DNA of 64,000 nucleotides from an uncultured Gemmatimonadales bacterium (lineage in GTDB: Bacteria; Gemmatimonadota; Gemmatimonadetes; Gemmatimonadales; GWC2-71-9), in the NCBI GenBank assembly GCA_963771275.1, contig CAVYSW010000003.1, forward strand, positions 576,001-640,000. The letters are read 5' to 3'. How positions within the stretch are numbered: the first letter of the stretch is position 1; every line of letters begins with the position of its first letter. The notes below the pieces were generated by a model that was not told the DNA's origin, did not search any database, and saw nothing but the letters and a program-made list of their open reading frames with translations. The position numbers and the translations under genes were made by a program. Below are positions 48,806 to 58,735 of this stretch, in pieces.

Positions 48806-51800
48806 TTAGTCCGGCAGCGGGTACTCCCCGGTTTCGATCCGCTCCACCCGGCGCCGGATCGCCGAGCCGATCCGGTCGATCTTGATGTACAGCACCGGAA
48901 TCAGCATCAGCGTGAACACCGCGGAAACCAGCACGCCGCCCATCGTGACGACGGCCATCGGGATCCGGTAGAACGAGCCGGGCCCAGAGCCAAGCGCCTG
49001 GGGAACGAGCGCGATGGCGATCGCGACGTTCGTCATGATGATGGGACGCAGCCGCATCGGCGTCGCTTCGAGCAGGGCCTCCACGGCGGTCTTCCCCTGC
49101 GCGCGGAGCTGCTGCGCGTAGTCGAGGATCAGGATCGCATTGTTCACCACGATTCCCACCAGCATGATGACCGCCATCATGCTGAAGATGTTGACGGACG
49201 TGCCCGTCAGGAACAGCGCAAACACCACGCCGATCCCGCCCAGCGGCACCGTCATCATGATCGTGATGGGATGCACGTAGGACTCGAGCATCATCGCGAG
49301 CAGCACGTAGGTGAGAATCACGGCGAGCAACAGCGCTTTCATCATCTCGCCGATCGATTCCTGGTACGCCTCGAACTCGCCGGTGATCGCATAGCTGTAG
49401 CCGGGCGGCAGGCCGAGGCTGTCGAGCGCGGCGCCCGTCAGGCGCGCGGCGTCCGTGAGGCTGCCGCCGGACAGAAAGGCGTCGATCCGCACCGTCCGCT
49501 GCTTGTCGTAGCGCTGGATCGCCGTCTCGCCGCCGCGGTTCTCGAGGGTGCCGAGCGCCCCGACGGGCACGACTCCCACGGGGGTTCGCAGCTGCAGTGT
49601 CGCCAGCTCGTCGGCGCGATCGCGCGCGCTTTCGATGAGCCGCACCCGGATGTCCCGCTCGTCACCGGCTTCCCGGTAGACCCCCGGCACCATTCCCTCG
49701 ATCGACCCGCGCAGCGTTCCCCCGACCTGGGCCATCGTCAAGCCATACTCGCGCATCACCTCGCGGTTCGGTCGGAACGCGACCTCGGGGCGCGGATCCT
49801 CGATCGTGTTGCGCACCTCGCCCAGCCCCGGTACCGCCGACACCACTCGGGTGGCCTCGCCGGCGACCGCTTCGAGGCGCTGCTGGTCCGGACCCTTGAT
49901 CAGCACCTGGAACGGCGCCTCGCCTCCTCCCATCGACTCCGCGAGCGCCACCGTGACGTCCGCGTCCGGAATGGCCGCGACCGCCTCGCGCAGCCGCGGG
50001 ATGATCGCCTGCGTGCCCAGCTCGGACTCGACGGTCACCTGGATCTCCGCGACGTTCACGCCGGCGCCCGCGATCCGGAAGCCGCCGCCGCCCCCGCCCA
50101 CCTGGGTGAGCAGCGCCTTGACCTCGGGCACCACCCGGAGCAGCGACTCGGCCCGCGCCGCGATCAGGGTCGTGCGGGCGATCGGCGTGCCGGGCGGGAG
50201 CTTCAGCGTCACGCGCGCGAGCCCTTCGTCCTGCCGCGGCATGAACTCGCCGCCCACGAACAGCAGCTGGACGGCGAGGGCGATCAACGCGACGGCGCCC
50301 GAGGTGCCGATGATCAGCCAGCCGTTCCGCCGCGTGCGCAGCGCCCAGGCCAGCAGGCCGCCGAACCGGCGCTCGAGGTCGGCGTACCAGGCGTCGATCG
50401 CGCGCCACACGCGTCCCAGGCGCCCGGCCAGCTCGCGCTGCGTCTCCTGTGGCCTGAGCAAGCGCGAGGCGAGCATCGGCGCCGCCGTGAACGAGATCAG
50501 CAGCGACATGACGGTGGCGTACACCACCGTGATGCCGAACGCGTAGAAGAACTGGCCGATGATCCCCTTCATGAAGGCGATCGGCGTGAACACCACCACG
50601 TTCGTCAACGCCGACGCCGCGACGGCGACGCCGACCTCGGTGGTGCCGCGCTCGGCGGCCTCCTTGGGGGGCGTACCACGATCCAGATGGCGGTAGATGC
50701 TCTCGAGCACCACGATCGTGTTGGTGACCAGAATCCCGACGGTGATACCGAGTCCCATCAGGGTCATGATGTTGATCGTGAAGCCCGCGCCGTCGAGCGC
50801 CAGAAACGTCGCGACGATCGTCGCGAGCATCGAGACGACGGCGATCACGGTGGCGCGCCACGAGTGGAGGAACACGAACAGCACGACCGTGGTGAGCAGG
50901 ATCCCGATGATCATGCTGCCCGTGAGATCCTTGATCGAGTCCCGGATGAACAGGCTCGCGTCCCGGGCCACGTCGAGCGTGGCCCCCGTCGGGAGCTGGG
51001 GACGCAGCTCGTCGAGCGCGGCGAGAATCCCGTCCGCGGTGGCGACGGTGTTGGCCCCCGACTGCTTCTGGATCGAGAGGCTCACCGTGCGCTGCCCGTT
51101 GTACCGCGCGATCTCGCGGACGTCTGCCGCCCCTTCCCGCACCACGCCCACGTCGCGCAGCCGGATCCGCCCGCCCGACGGGAGTTGCAGCGGCAGGGTG
51201 CGCAGCTCCTCGAGCGACCCGTACTCGCCCACCACCCGCACCGCGACCTCCGCCCCCGGCTCGGTGACCCGGCCCGCCGGCACGGAGAGATTCTCGCCGC
51301 CCACCACGCCCGCGATGTCGGTCACGGTCAGCCCGTACGCCCGCAGGCGGTCGGGGTCGACCAGCACCTCGACCTCGCGCTTCAGCCCGCCGACGATCGT
51401 GACCCGGGCCACGCCGTCCAGCCGCGCCAGGCGCTCCTCGACGACGTCATCCGCGAGGTCCGTCAGCGCCTCCAGCGATTGCGGCCCCGACAGCGTCACG
51501 TCCATGATCGGCATCGCGTTGATGTCGAACTTGAGGGTGGTCGGCGGCTCGGCGTCGGACGGGAGCTGCGCCCGGATCGCGTCCACCTTGTCCTTCACGT
51601 CGATCGCCGCGAGATCCGGATCGACGCCAAGCTCGAACTCGATCACGGCCGTGGAGACGTTCTCCTGGGAGATCGAGATCAGCGACTTGACGTTCGCGAT
51701 CGTGCTGATCGCGTCCTCGATCGGCTTGGTGACCTGGGTCTCCACCTCCTCCGGGCCCGCGCCCGGATACACCGTGGTGACGGTGACGTACGGGAACTCG

Positions 51801-51925
51801 ATCCCGGGCAGGAGGTCCACGCCGAGGGTGAAGTAGCTGAACGTGCCGAGGATCACGAGCGCCACGACGATCATGCTCGTGAGCACCGGGCGCCGGACGG
51901 CGAGCTGGGCGAAGAAGCGGAACAT
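48806..51925 (-). CDS. RND efflux permease (AcrB/HAE1-like)
   Basis: 1039 aa; YPGA.PEEVE, NNAIL and RLRPIIMT motifs; multiple TM segments. Confidence 0.95.
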   Translation of the reverse strand: MFRFFAQLAVRRPVLTSMIVVALVILGTFSYFTLGVDLLPGIEFPYVTVTTVYPGAGPEEVETQVTKPIEDAISTIANVKSLISISQENVSTAVIEFELGVDPDLAAIDVKDKVDAIRAQLPSDAEPPTTLKFDINAMPIMDVTLSGPQSLEALTDLADDVVEERLARLDGVARVTIVGGLKREVEVLVDPDRLRAYGLTVTDIAGVVGGENLSVPAGRVTEPGAEVAVRVVGEYGSLEELRTLPLQLPSGGRIRLRDVGVVREGAADVREIARYNGQRTVSLSIQKQSGANTVATADGILAALDELRPQLPTGATLDVARDASLFIRDSIKDLTGSMIIGILLTTVVLFVFLHSWRATVIAVVSMLATIVATFLALDGAGFTINIMTLMGLGITVGILVTNTIVVLESIYRHLDRGTPPKEAAERGTTEVGVAVAASALTNVVVFTPIAFMKGIIGQFFYAFGITVVYATVMSLLISFTAAPMLASRLLRPQETQRELAGRLGRVWRAIDAWYADLERRFGGLLAWALRTRRNGWLIIGTSGAVALIALAVQLLFVGGEFMPRQDEGLARVTLKLPPGTPIARTTLIAARAESLLRVVPEVKALLTQVGGGGGGFRIAGAGVNVAEIQVTVESELGTQAIIPRLREAVAAIPDADVTVALAESMGGGEAPFQVLIKGPDQQRLEAVAGEATRVVSAVPGLGEVRNTIEDPRPEVAFRPNREVMREYGLTMAQVGGTLRGSIEGMVPGVYREAGDERDIRVRLIESARDRADELATLQLRTPVGVVPVGALGTLENRGGETAIQRYDKQRTVRIDAFLSGGSLTDAARLTGAALDSLGLPPGYSYAITGEFEAYQESIGEMMKALLLAVILTYVLLAMMLESYVHPITIMMTVPLGGIGVVFALFLTGTSVNIFSMMAVIMLVGIVVNNAILILDYAQQLRAQGKTAVEALLEATPMRLRPIIMTNVAIAIALVPQALGSGPGSFYRIPMAVVTMGGVLVSAVFTLMLIPVLYIKIDRIGSAIRRRVERIETGEYPLPD

Positions 51926-51938
51926 GGCTACCTCCGGC

Positions 51939-52991
51939 TCACGACGCGGATGCGCCGACGACGCGGGTGCGCGCCCCGTCCGACAGCAGCGACGCGCCCG
52001 CGGTCACGACGCGCTCGCCCGGGGTGAGCCCCTGCTCCACCTCCACCCAGCCCTCGCCCGCGAGCCCGAGGCGCACCGCGCGCCGCCGCGCGACGCCCGC
52101 GCTGTCCACCACCCACAGCATGCTGTCCCGCGCGGCCGCCTGCGGCACCAGCAGGACCCCCGACCGGCGCCCCACCTCGATCCGCACCGGGACGAGCGTG
52201 CCGGGGACGACACCCGCGCCCGGCCGGAGCGGGGCGCCCGGGAACGTCAGCTCGACCTCGAGCAGGCGCGAAGCCGGGTCGGCCTGCAGCGCGATGCGCG
52301 AGACCCGGCCCGCGAGCCCGATCTCGGGCAGCGTGGCCGGCTGGCTCACCGCCAGCTCGCGCGCCTGCTCCGCGCTCACGTCGAGCGTGACCTGCAGCCG
52401 CGACAGATCCGAGACGCGCACCAGCGGGTCCCCGGACTCCGGCACCGACCCGCGCGTCATCAGGATGTCGGTGACGACACCGTCGATCGGGCTCCTGAGG
52501 TCCACCTGCCCACGCGCCGCGTCGAGATTGGTCTCCGCCACCCGCAGCGCGGTGGCCGCGTTGTCCCAGTCCTGATCGCTGATCGCGCCCCGTTCCTTGA
52601 GGGGGCGCAGGCGGTCCACCGCGCGCTGCGCCTGCTCGTGCGCGGCCTCGGCCTGCTGCACCGCGGCGAGCGAGCTTTGGCTCGACTGCCGCAGCAGCAC
52701 GTCGCCCGCGCGCACCTGCTGCCCCACGTGCACCGGGATCTCCACGATCTCGTCCCCCGACTTGGCGCGAACCGTCGCGCTGCGAATCCCGCGCAGCGTG
52801 CCCGTGAACTCCCGGCGCACGACCAGCTCGCCCACCCGGGCGGCGGCGACCTCCACCGGGATGCCCGTCCGCTGCCGGATCGCCTCCACGTCCGGCGCTG
52901 TCGCCGTCCCCGACGTCGAGCGCACGACCCGAAACACGATCAGCGCAACGAGCCCGATCACCACCACCCCGGCGCCAATGCGCTTCGTCAT
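51939..52991 (-). CDS. RND periplasmic adaptor
   Basis: N-terminal TM, GQQV.AGD.L, SPIDGVV and GL.PGERVV motifs. Confidence 0.92.
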   Translation of the reverse strand: MTKRIGAGVVVIGLVALIVFRVVRSTSGTATAPDVEAIRQRTGIPVEVAAARVGELVVRREFTGTLRGIRSATVRAKSGDEIVEIPVHVGQQVRAGDVLLRQSSQSSLAAVQQAEAAHEQAQRAVDRLRPLKERGAISDQDWDNAATALRVAETNLDAARGQVDLRSPIDGVVTDILMTRGSVPESGDPLVRVSDLSRLQVTLDVSAEQARELAVSQPATLPEIGLAGRVSRIALQADPASRLLEVELTFPGAPLRPGAGVVPGTLVPVRIEVGRRSGVLLVPQAAARDSMLWVVDSAGVARRRAVRLGLAGEGWVEVEQGLTPGERVVTAGASLLSDGARTRVVGASAS

Positions 52992-54466
52992 GATTCCCTC
53001 CCCGAGAGCAGCTTGAGTCGTCCGCTGCTCAGCCGCTCGAGCTGCGCGAGCGCCTTCACGATGTCATGGAGCGCCTGGATCTCGTTGACCCGCGCCTGGT
53101 CCAGCAGGAGCGCGGCGTCCGAGACCTCGAGCTGCGTCGCGAGCCCGTTGCGGTAGCGCAGCTCGGCCAGGTCGAGCGTCTGGCGGGCGAGGTCCACCGT
53201 CTCGCGCCGCGCGGCGATCTCCGCCCGGGCGGTGCGATAGTCCCCCAGCGCCCCCGCGAGCTCGACTTCGAGCCCCTCCTCGACCTGGGCCCGCTGCACC
53301 ACCGCGTCCCGCAGCTGCGCCTGCGCCTCGCCGATCCGCCCGCGCCGCCCGAACCCGTCGAACGGCATCCACGAGACGGTGAGCTGCACGTTCCAGTCGC
53401 TGCGCCACTGGGACAGCGGCGGCGCGATGTTGTCCGGGTAGGCCTGGAACCCGAAGTTGGCGATCAGGTGAGCCGACGGAAACCGCTCGCTCCGCGCGAC
53501 CCGCAGCCCGGCCTCGCGCACCGCAACCGCCTCGCGCGCCGCCTGGAGCAACGGCCGGTCCGTCACGAGCCCGCGCAGCGCCGCCTCGTCGACCGCGACC
53601 ACGGCGGGGTCGAACTCCGACACCAGGGCTACGGGCTGGTCGAGCGGCAGGTTCACGAGCCGCTTGAGCTCGAGCATGGCGAGCTGCGCCAGATTCCCGG
53701 CCTGTACCACCGCGGGATCGCGGTTCTGGAAGTCGACCCGCGCGCGCAGCAGGTCGAACTCCGACGCGGTGCCGGCCGAGCGGAACGCCTGCGTCTGCCG
53801 CAGGTGGGCGTCCGCGATGCGCCGGCTCTCCTCGGCGACGCCGAGCAGGCGCCGCGCCAGCACCGCGTTCAGGTACGCCACCCGCACCTGGAGCAGGATG
53901 TCCGCTTCCGCCTCCGCGAGCCGGTGGGTGGCGGCCGCCTCGAAGTGCCGCGCGCCGTCACGGGTCCCGCTGATCCGCCCGCCGGTAAACAGCGGCTGCG
54001 CCAGCTGCAGGGCCGCGACGTACGTGTTCCGCCGGCCGAACGGCAGCCCGCTGAACAGGCCCGACACGAAATCCTGCGTCATCAGCTCGCTCAGAATGTC
54101 GTACCGGTCGAACGGCGAGCGCGCCGGATCGAACGCGTCCGGGATCCGCGTGGTGTCCGCCGGCGGCGGCGCCGCGACGTCGAACACGGTCCGGATGGCG
54201 CGGCTGTAGTTGAGCGCCGTTCCGATCTGCGGCAGTCCCGTGGCGCGGGCCTGCGTCACCCGCGCTTCCGCCTGGTCCAGCTGTGCGCGGGCACTCTGGA
54301 TCTCCTCGCTCCGGTCCAGGGCCCGCGCGACGGCCGCGTCGATGGTCAGGCGCAACGTGTCCGGCGGCGCCTGCTGCTCTACGGCCGATGCGCGTGCCGG
54401 CACGACGAAAACCACCGGCAGCAGCCACGCCGCGATGCGCCAGCGCCCTCGCTCCATGCCCCTCAT
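52988..54466 (-). CDS. TolC family protein
   Basis: Signal peptide; G.ASEFDLLRA and RYRNGLATQLEVSDA motifs. Confidence 0.9.
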   Translation of the reverse strand: MRGMERGRWRIAAWLLPVVFVVPARASAVEQQAPPDTLRLTIDAAVARALDRSEEIQSARAQLDQAEARVTQARATGLPQIGTALNYSRAIRTVFDVAAPPPADTTRIPDAFDPARSPFDRYDILSELMTQDFVSGLFSGLPFGRRNTYVAALQLAQPLFTGGRISGTRDGARHFEAAATHRLAEAEADILLQVRVAYLNAVLARRLLGVAEESRRIADAHLRQTQAFRSAGTASEFDLLRARVDFQNRDPAVVQAGNLAQLAMLELKRLVNLPLDQPVALVSEFDPAVVAVDEAALRGLVTDRPLLQAAREAVAVREAGLRVARSERFPSAHLIANFGFQAYPDNIAPPLSQWRSDWNVQLTVSWMPFDGFGRRGRIGEAQAQLRDAVVQRAQVEEGLEVELAGALGDYRTARAEIAARRETVDLARQTLDLAELRYRNGLATQLEVSDAALLLDQARVNEIQALHDIVKALAQLERLSSGRLKLLSGRES

Positions 54467-55134
54467 GGTCGCTTTCCCTTTCCTCTCCGTCGCGGCGTCC
54501 GCCCGGCGGGCCGGGCGATGCCGTTGAACACGATGTCGAACTTCGTCGTCAGCTCGCGATGCAGCGCCGCCCGTGTTCCACGGGCCGACAGCCAGTGCGC
54601 GAGCGTCCGGTGGAACGCGGCCTCGACGAGCGCCGCGGCGGCGACGACGTCCACGTCGCGCCGGACCTCTCCCACCGCCTGCCCCTGTTCCAGGAGAAAC
54701 CGCGTCATCGCCTGCAGGCGGCGCACCGGCTCCTCCTCCGCACGCTGGTCGGTCACCACCGCGTGCATGTACCTGAGGCTCTCGAAGAACGCGAGGCGCG
54801 CGAGCTCCGGATTGCGCGCGCCGAGGTCGGCCAGGAACATGAACACGCGGGTCAGCTTCTCGCGCGTGGTGCCACCCCAGGATTCCACCGGCCCCAGCTC
54901 TTCGGTCAGGCTGATCGTCCAGTGCTCCGCCAAGGCCGCGAGAAACGACGTCTTGCGGGGGAAGTAGTTGAACACGGTCCCCTTGGCGACGTCGGCCCGC
55001 TCGGCGATCTGATCGACCGTGGTGGCGTCGTAGCCCTGCTCGATGAACAGCGCGAACGCCGCGTCGTAGATCCGGTGCCGGGCCTCGCGCTTCTTCCGTT
55101 CGCGGCGCGCCGGGGAAATCGGGGGCTCCGCCAT
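54463..55134 (-). CDS. TetR/AcrR family regulator
   Basis: LF..QGYDATTVDQIA..ADVAKGTVFNYFP.K helix-turn-helix. Confidence 0.95.
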   Translation of the reverse strand: MAEPPISPARRERKKREARHRIYDAAFALFIEQGYDATTVDQIAERADVAKGTVFNYFPRKTSFLAALAEHWTISLTEELGPVESWGGTTREKLTRVFMFLADLGARNPELARLAFFESLRYMHAVVTDQRAEEEPVRRLQAMTRFLLEQGQAVGEVRRDVDVVAAAALVEAAFHRTLAHWLSARGTRAALHRELTTKFDIVFNGIARPAGRTPRRRGKGKRP

Positions 55135-55151
55135 GCTGCGACCTCGCAAAG

Positions 55152-55194
55152 TTGACCAGAGTCAAGAATGACCGGGGGTGCCGTGATGTGTCAA
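55152..55194 (-). promoter_or_regulatory. TetR operon promoter and palindromic operator
   Basis: TTGACA (minus, 55189-55194), CATTCT-like -10 (55165-55170) and the palindrome TTGAC-caga-GTCAA at 55152-55165 over the expected start site. Confidence 0.65.
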
Positions 55195-55291
55195 CCGGAC
55201 GAAGCGCCGTGCCGTCTCGCCGCCCGTCTCAGGACCCTGGTCCTGCGTGCAGGCAAGTGAGATACTTGGCTGGGAGCCAGGAGCCTCCACG

Positions 55292-55501
55292 ATGCAACGA
55301 GCCTACGTCGGCCAGAACCCCGTCGATGCCCAGCTCGCAGCCGATGAGCTGCGGGCGGCCGGCATCGATGCCGTCGTGAAGGTCGATACTGTCGCCGCGC
55401 CCTCGATCCCGTATCCGTCGGTGTGGGTCGAGGATGAGGATCTGCCGCGAGCGCTCGGCGTGCTCCGCGAGCGGGCGGATGCGACCGGCGGCGCAGGCTG
55501 A
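55292..55501 (+). CDS. Small DUF2007-like (putative signal transducing) protein
   Basis: AQL....L.AAGI.A and V.V.DED..RA..L pattern; AGGAG upstream. Confidence 0.7.
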   Translation: MQRAYVGQNPVDAQLAADELRAAGIDAVVKVDTVAAPSIPYPSVWVEDEDLPRALGVLRERADATGGAG

Positions 55502-55564
55502 CCGGCGCTCGACGCTAACCGGTCCGCACGTTCAGCGGGTACCCCACGCGGCTACATTGCGGGC

Positions 55565-55948
55565 ATGGCGTCCAGAGCGGGGTACGCGATCCTGATGGCC
55601 GCCCTCGTCGCCGGTGCGTGCGGTGAGGTCACCATCGGTCCGGTGGGGGTTCGTCTCGATCTCCGGGGCAAGGTGCGCGCGGCCGCGACCGGGCTCACGA
55701 TCGGCGGCGCGCGGGTGACCCTCTACGCGCCGTCGGACACGGCGGCCGGCATCGACAGCACCGCCGTCATCGCCGACGGGTCCGGCAACTACCGCGTCGT
55801 GCACCGGCTCGCCGACAAGGCCGACTGCGCCTTCATGCTGCTGCAGGCGAGCGCGGCGGGATACGCCCCCACCACGGTTCCGAACGACTCGATTCACTGC
55901 ATGGACGCGGCCCAGATCGTCAACATCGAGCTGGACGCGCTCCGCTGA
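55565..55948 (+). CDS. Lipoprotein with carboxypeptidase-regulatory-like beta domain
   Basis: VAGAC lipobox; G.V.......I.GARV.L, AD.SG.Y and A.A.GY patterns. Confidence 0.7.
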   Translation: MASRAGYAILMAALVAGACGEVTIGPVGVRLDLRGKVRAAATGLTIGGARVTLYAPSDTAAGIDSTAVIADGSGNYRVVHRLADKADCAFMLLQASAAGYAPTTVPNDSIHCMDAAQIVNIELDALR

Positions 55949-56005
55949 CTCGCTTCCGCGCCCGGCCGGGTGTATTATCGGGAGTCACTTCATCGGGGAT
56001 CTCCC

Positions 56006-56578
56006 GTGCATCGCCTCTTCGCCACGCTTGCGCTCGCGCCGCTGGTCGCGGTTCCCGCGATCGCGCAGCAGCCCCCGCCCCCGGTGGCACCGCCGCTCGC
56101 GATCGGCGCCGCGGCCCCGGACTTCGCCCTGCCCGGTGCCACCCGGTACGGCGTGCTCAAGGACCCGGTCGGACTGTCGGACTTCAAGGGCAAGACCGTC
56201 GTGCTCGCGTTCTTCTTCCATGCGAGGACCCCTGGCTGAACGATCCAAATGCATGCGTACCGTGATCAGTACGCACAGCTGTTCAGGGATGGCCAGGACG
56301 TCGTGCTGCTCGCGATCAGCGCCGACCCGGTCGAGTCGCTTGCGTCCTGGGCCAGGGACGATCAGTTCCAGTTCGTGATGCTGAGCGACACCGCCACGGC
56401 CGTCGGCAAGCTGTACGGCGCGCTCGCCAGCCGCGCGGGGGTCACCAATCGCAACCTGTTCGTGGTCGGACCGGACGGGAAGATCGCCTACCGCGCGCTC
56501 CCGTTCCGGGAGGTGGACCCGACGTCCTACACCGCACTCGGCGAGGCGATCGGGAAACTGGCAGGGGAGAAACAGTAG
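56006..56578 (+). CDS. Exported peroxiredoxin (BCP/AhpC-TSA fold), predicted selenoprotein with UGA at 56237-56239
   Basis: Signal peptide, G..APDF.L, LSDFKGK.VVL.FF...RTPG-UGA-T, then in frame AIS.D and R..FVVG.DGKI.Y. SECIS-like hairpin follows the UGA. Confidence 0.85.
56254..56275 (+). promoter_or_regulatory. Putative bacterial SECIS element
   Basis: TGCGTAC-cgtgatca-GTACGCA, a perfect 7-bp stem starting 14 nt after the UGA, with G at loop position 2. Confidence 0.7.
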
Positions 56579-56629
56579 GCGGGTCGGGGGTAGGGAGGTA
56601 GCGGTTAGCGGTTTCAGGGAATGCCGCGC

Positions 56630-56658
56630 AGGGTGGTCGGGCGTTGCCCGGCCACCCT
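56630..56658 (+). terminator. GC-rich stem-loop, possible terminator
   Basis: agggtggtcgggc-gtt-gcccggccaccct downstream of the peroxiredoxin; weak U-tract. Confidence 0.45.
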
Positions 56659-56797
56659 CGCTGTTCGCCGACAGGACGGGGCGCGCCAGCGACGCCCTTC
56701 CACCGCACACTTGCAGGTACCGCGCTCGGCCGGTTCACGCGTTTCGGTCTCGCCAGCCGGAGCGCACGGGCGCACGTCATCGTGACGCCGAGGATCC

Positions 56798-57697
56798 ATG
56801 TTTCTCCTCGCTTTGTTGCTTGCCGCCATCGGCCCGACGGTCCGGTCGATCGTCGTGGCGCCGGCGGAGTCCATCGCCGTCACCGTCGTCGGTCACGGTG
56901 AGCCGGTCGTGCTCATTCCGGGGCTGATGGGGTCCGCGTTCACCTTCCGCAGGGTCGCCCCGCAGTTGGTCGACGCCGGCTTCGCGGTGGTGATCGTCGA
57001 GCCGCTGGGCATCGGCGGGTCCGCCCGCCCGCGCGCGGCAGACTATTCGCTCACGGCGCAGGCGGGGCGCGTCGCGGCGGCACTCGACACGCTGGGACTG
57101 CATGACGCCGTGATCGTCGCGCACTCGATCGGCGGCTCGATCGCGTTCCGGCTCGCGTTCCACCGTCCGGATCTCGTCGCGGGCATCGTGTCCGTCGAAG
57201 GGGGGCCCGCCGCGGAGGCCACGACGTCCGGCTTCCGGTTCGCCATGCGGTTCGCCAAGCTGCTGCGCTTCGGCGGGTCGCGGCTGCTGCGCCATACGGT
57301 CGATCACGAAATGAAGGCGGCGTCGGGCGACTCGACCTGGGTAACCGACGCGGTCGTGACCGGCTATACGGCGGGGGCGGCGCGGGACTTCACCGCGACG
57401 TTGATTGCGTTCCAGGGGATGGCGGCATCCCACGAGCCTCCGGAGGCGCTGTCCGCCGAGCTCAGCCGCGTGCGGTGCCCGGTGGTCCTGCTCGTGGGCC
57501 TCGCGCCGCACTCGAGCGGGGTACCGCCCACCGAGATCGCTTTGCTGCGGGACTCGCTGCCCGCGTTCACGGTCGATTCCATCCCGGGCGTCGGGCACTT
57601 CATTTTCGAAGAAAACCTCGCGACCGTCGTGGACGCGGTGACGCGGCTCCGACGGTCCGTGCCGACCGTCGCGCAGGGGGGTGCCGTGCAGCGGTGA
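56798..57697 (+). CDS. Alpha/beta hydrolase, probably exported
   Basis: AHSIGG nucleophile elbow, GVGHF, hydrophobic N-terminus. Confidence 0.85.
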   Translation: MFLLALLLAAIGPTVRSIVVAPAESIAVTVVGHGEPVVLIPGLMGSAFTFRRVAPQLVDAGFAVVIVEPLGIGGSARPRAADYSLTAQAGRVAAALDTLGLHDAVIVAHSIGGSIAFRLAFHRPDLVAGIVSVEGGPAAEATTSGFRFAMRFAKLLRFGGSRLLRHTVDHEMKAASGDSTWVTDAVVTGYTAGAARDFTATLIAFQGMAASHEPPEALSAELSRVRCPVVLLVGLAPHSSGVPPTEIALLRDSLPAFTVDSIPGVGHFIFEENLATVVDAVTRLRRSVPTVAQGGAVQR

Positions 57698-57730
57698 TGG
57701 GGTGCGTGCCGCGCGGGCTTCCGCGCGGCG

Positions 57731-58735
57731 TCAGCTCCTCACGGCCGGCTTCCCCACCTCGACCCGTACGACCCCGCCTTCGGCACGCCGCCGGTTCTCC
57801 TCGTCCACTTTCGCGACCTTGGCCCGGTACATCTGCCGCGCCGTCTCGTTCGCGAGCACGTTATCCGGCAGCGGCCGACCGGGCCGCGCCTCCCAGAATC
57901 CCGCGATGCCGGCCGCGCCGAACAGCCCGGTGATCAGCACGCGCGGTGCGGCGGCATCGGTAAACACCGGCGTCACGAAGTAGGCGGTCGTCGCGAGGGC
58001 GGCGCCGAGCCCCAGGCGGACGAATGCGGGACCGGCGGGCTGCCTTACGGGCAGCATGGCGGGCCGCTCGGGCATGGGGAGCGGGTTTTCGGGGAACCGG
58101 GTAACCTGCACGGGCAGCTCGACGCGCCGGCTCACCCGGCCGCGCTGATCCAGCGAGCTGATGCCCAGGATCAGGCCGCCGGCTGGCGCGCGCTGCGCGC
58201 TCCACCGGATCGTCGCCGTGTCGGCGACTTTGGCGCGCGCGATCGTGTCGAGCACCTCCCCGCGCACCGCTTCCGCCGTGACCACGACGACGTGCGGCGT
58301 GTTCGCTGCGAGGCGGATCGGGAGCCCCGGGTCGCGTGGCGCGATCGTGGCCGAGTGGGCCTCGACCGCCACGATCGGCGTCCGCCGCCGGGCCACCTCG
58401 AAGACGCTCTGCACTTCCGGGGTGAACAGCAGGCGATCGAGCCGGTAGCCCGGCTCCAGCCGGATGAGCTGCGCGAACGCCGAGACGGCCGAATCCCGGC
58501 GGTCCCGGTACAGTTCGGCCGCCCCGAGGTAGCAGAGCCCGGTCTTGCGATCCGCCTCGCTCAGGCTGTTGCTCTGCAGCGCACGCCGCAGCAGCCAGCC
58601 CGCCGATTCCATCTCCAGGTCCCGGTAGGCCTGGATGCCCTGCTGCAGCGAGGCTTCGGGAGACTGGGCGCGGGCGGCCGGGGCAGCGGCCATCGCCAGA
58701 ACCAGCGGGACCAGGGTGACCTTACAGCACGTCAT
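57731..58735 (-). CDS. Exported TPR-like hypothetical protein
   Basis: Signal peptide ending ARA|Q, TPR-like YLGAA...A..AF...IRL.P segment, hydrophobic hairpin near the C-terminus. Confidence 0.65.
   Translation of the reverse strand: MTCCKVTLVPLVLAMAAAPAARAQSPEASLQQGIQAYRDLEMESAGWLLRRALQSNSLSEADRKTGLCYLGAAELYRDRRDSAVSAFAQLIRLEPGYRLDRLLFTPEVQSVFEVARRRTPIVAVEAHSATIAPRDPGLPIRLAANTPHVVVVTAEAVRGEVLDTIARAKVADTATIRWSAQRAPAGGLILGISSLDQRGRVSRRVELPVQVTRFPENPLPMPERPAMLPVRQPAGPAFVRLGLGAALATTAYFVTPVFTDAAAPRVLITGLFGAAGIAGFWEARPGRPLPDNVLANETARQMYRAKVAKVDEENRRRAEGGVVRVEVGKPAVRS

Noticed and set aside
56249..56578. Separate 109-aa gene starting at ATG 56249
   Set aside because: It is the C-terminal half of the peroxiredoxin fold, in frame with the upstream half and lacking an RBS.
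56700..56790. Possible structured RNA or riboswitch upstream of the hydrolase (gcgctcggc...gccggagcgc pairing)
   Set aside because: No recognisable family motif; such pairing is expected by chance at this GC content. An Rfam scan would be needed.
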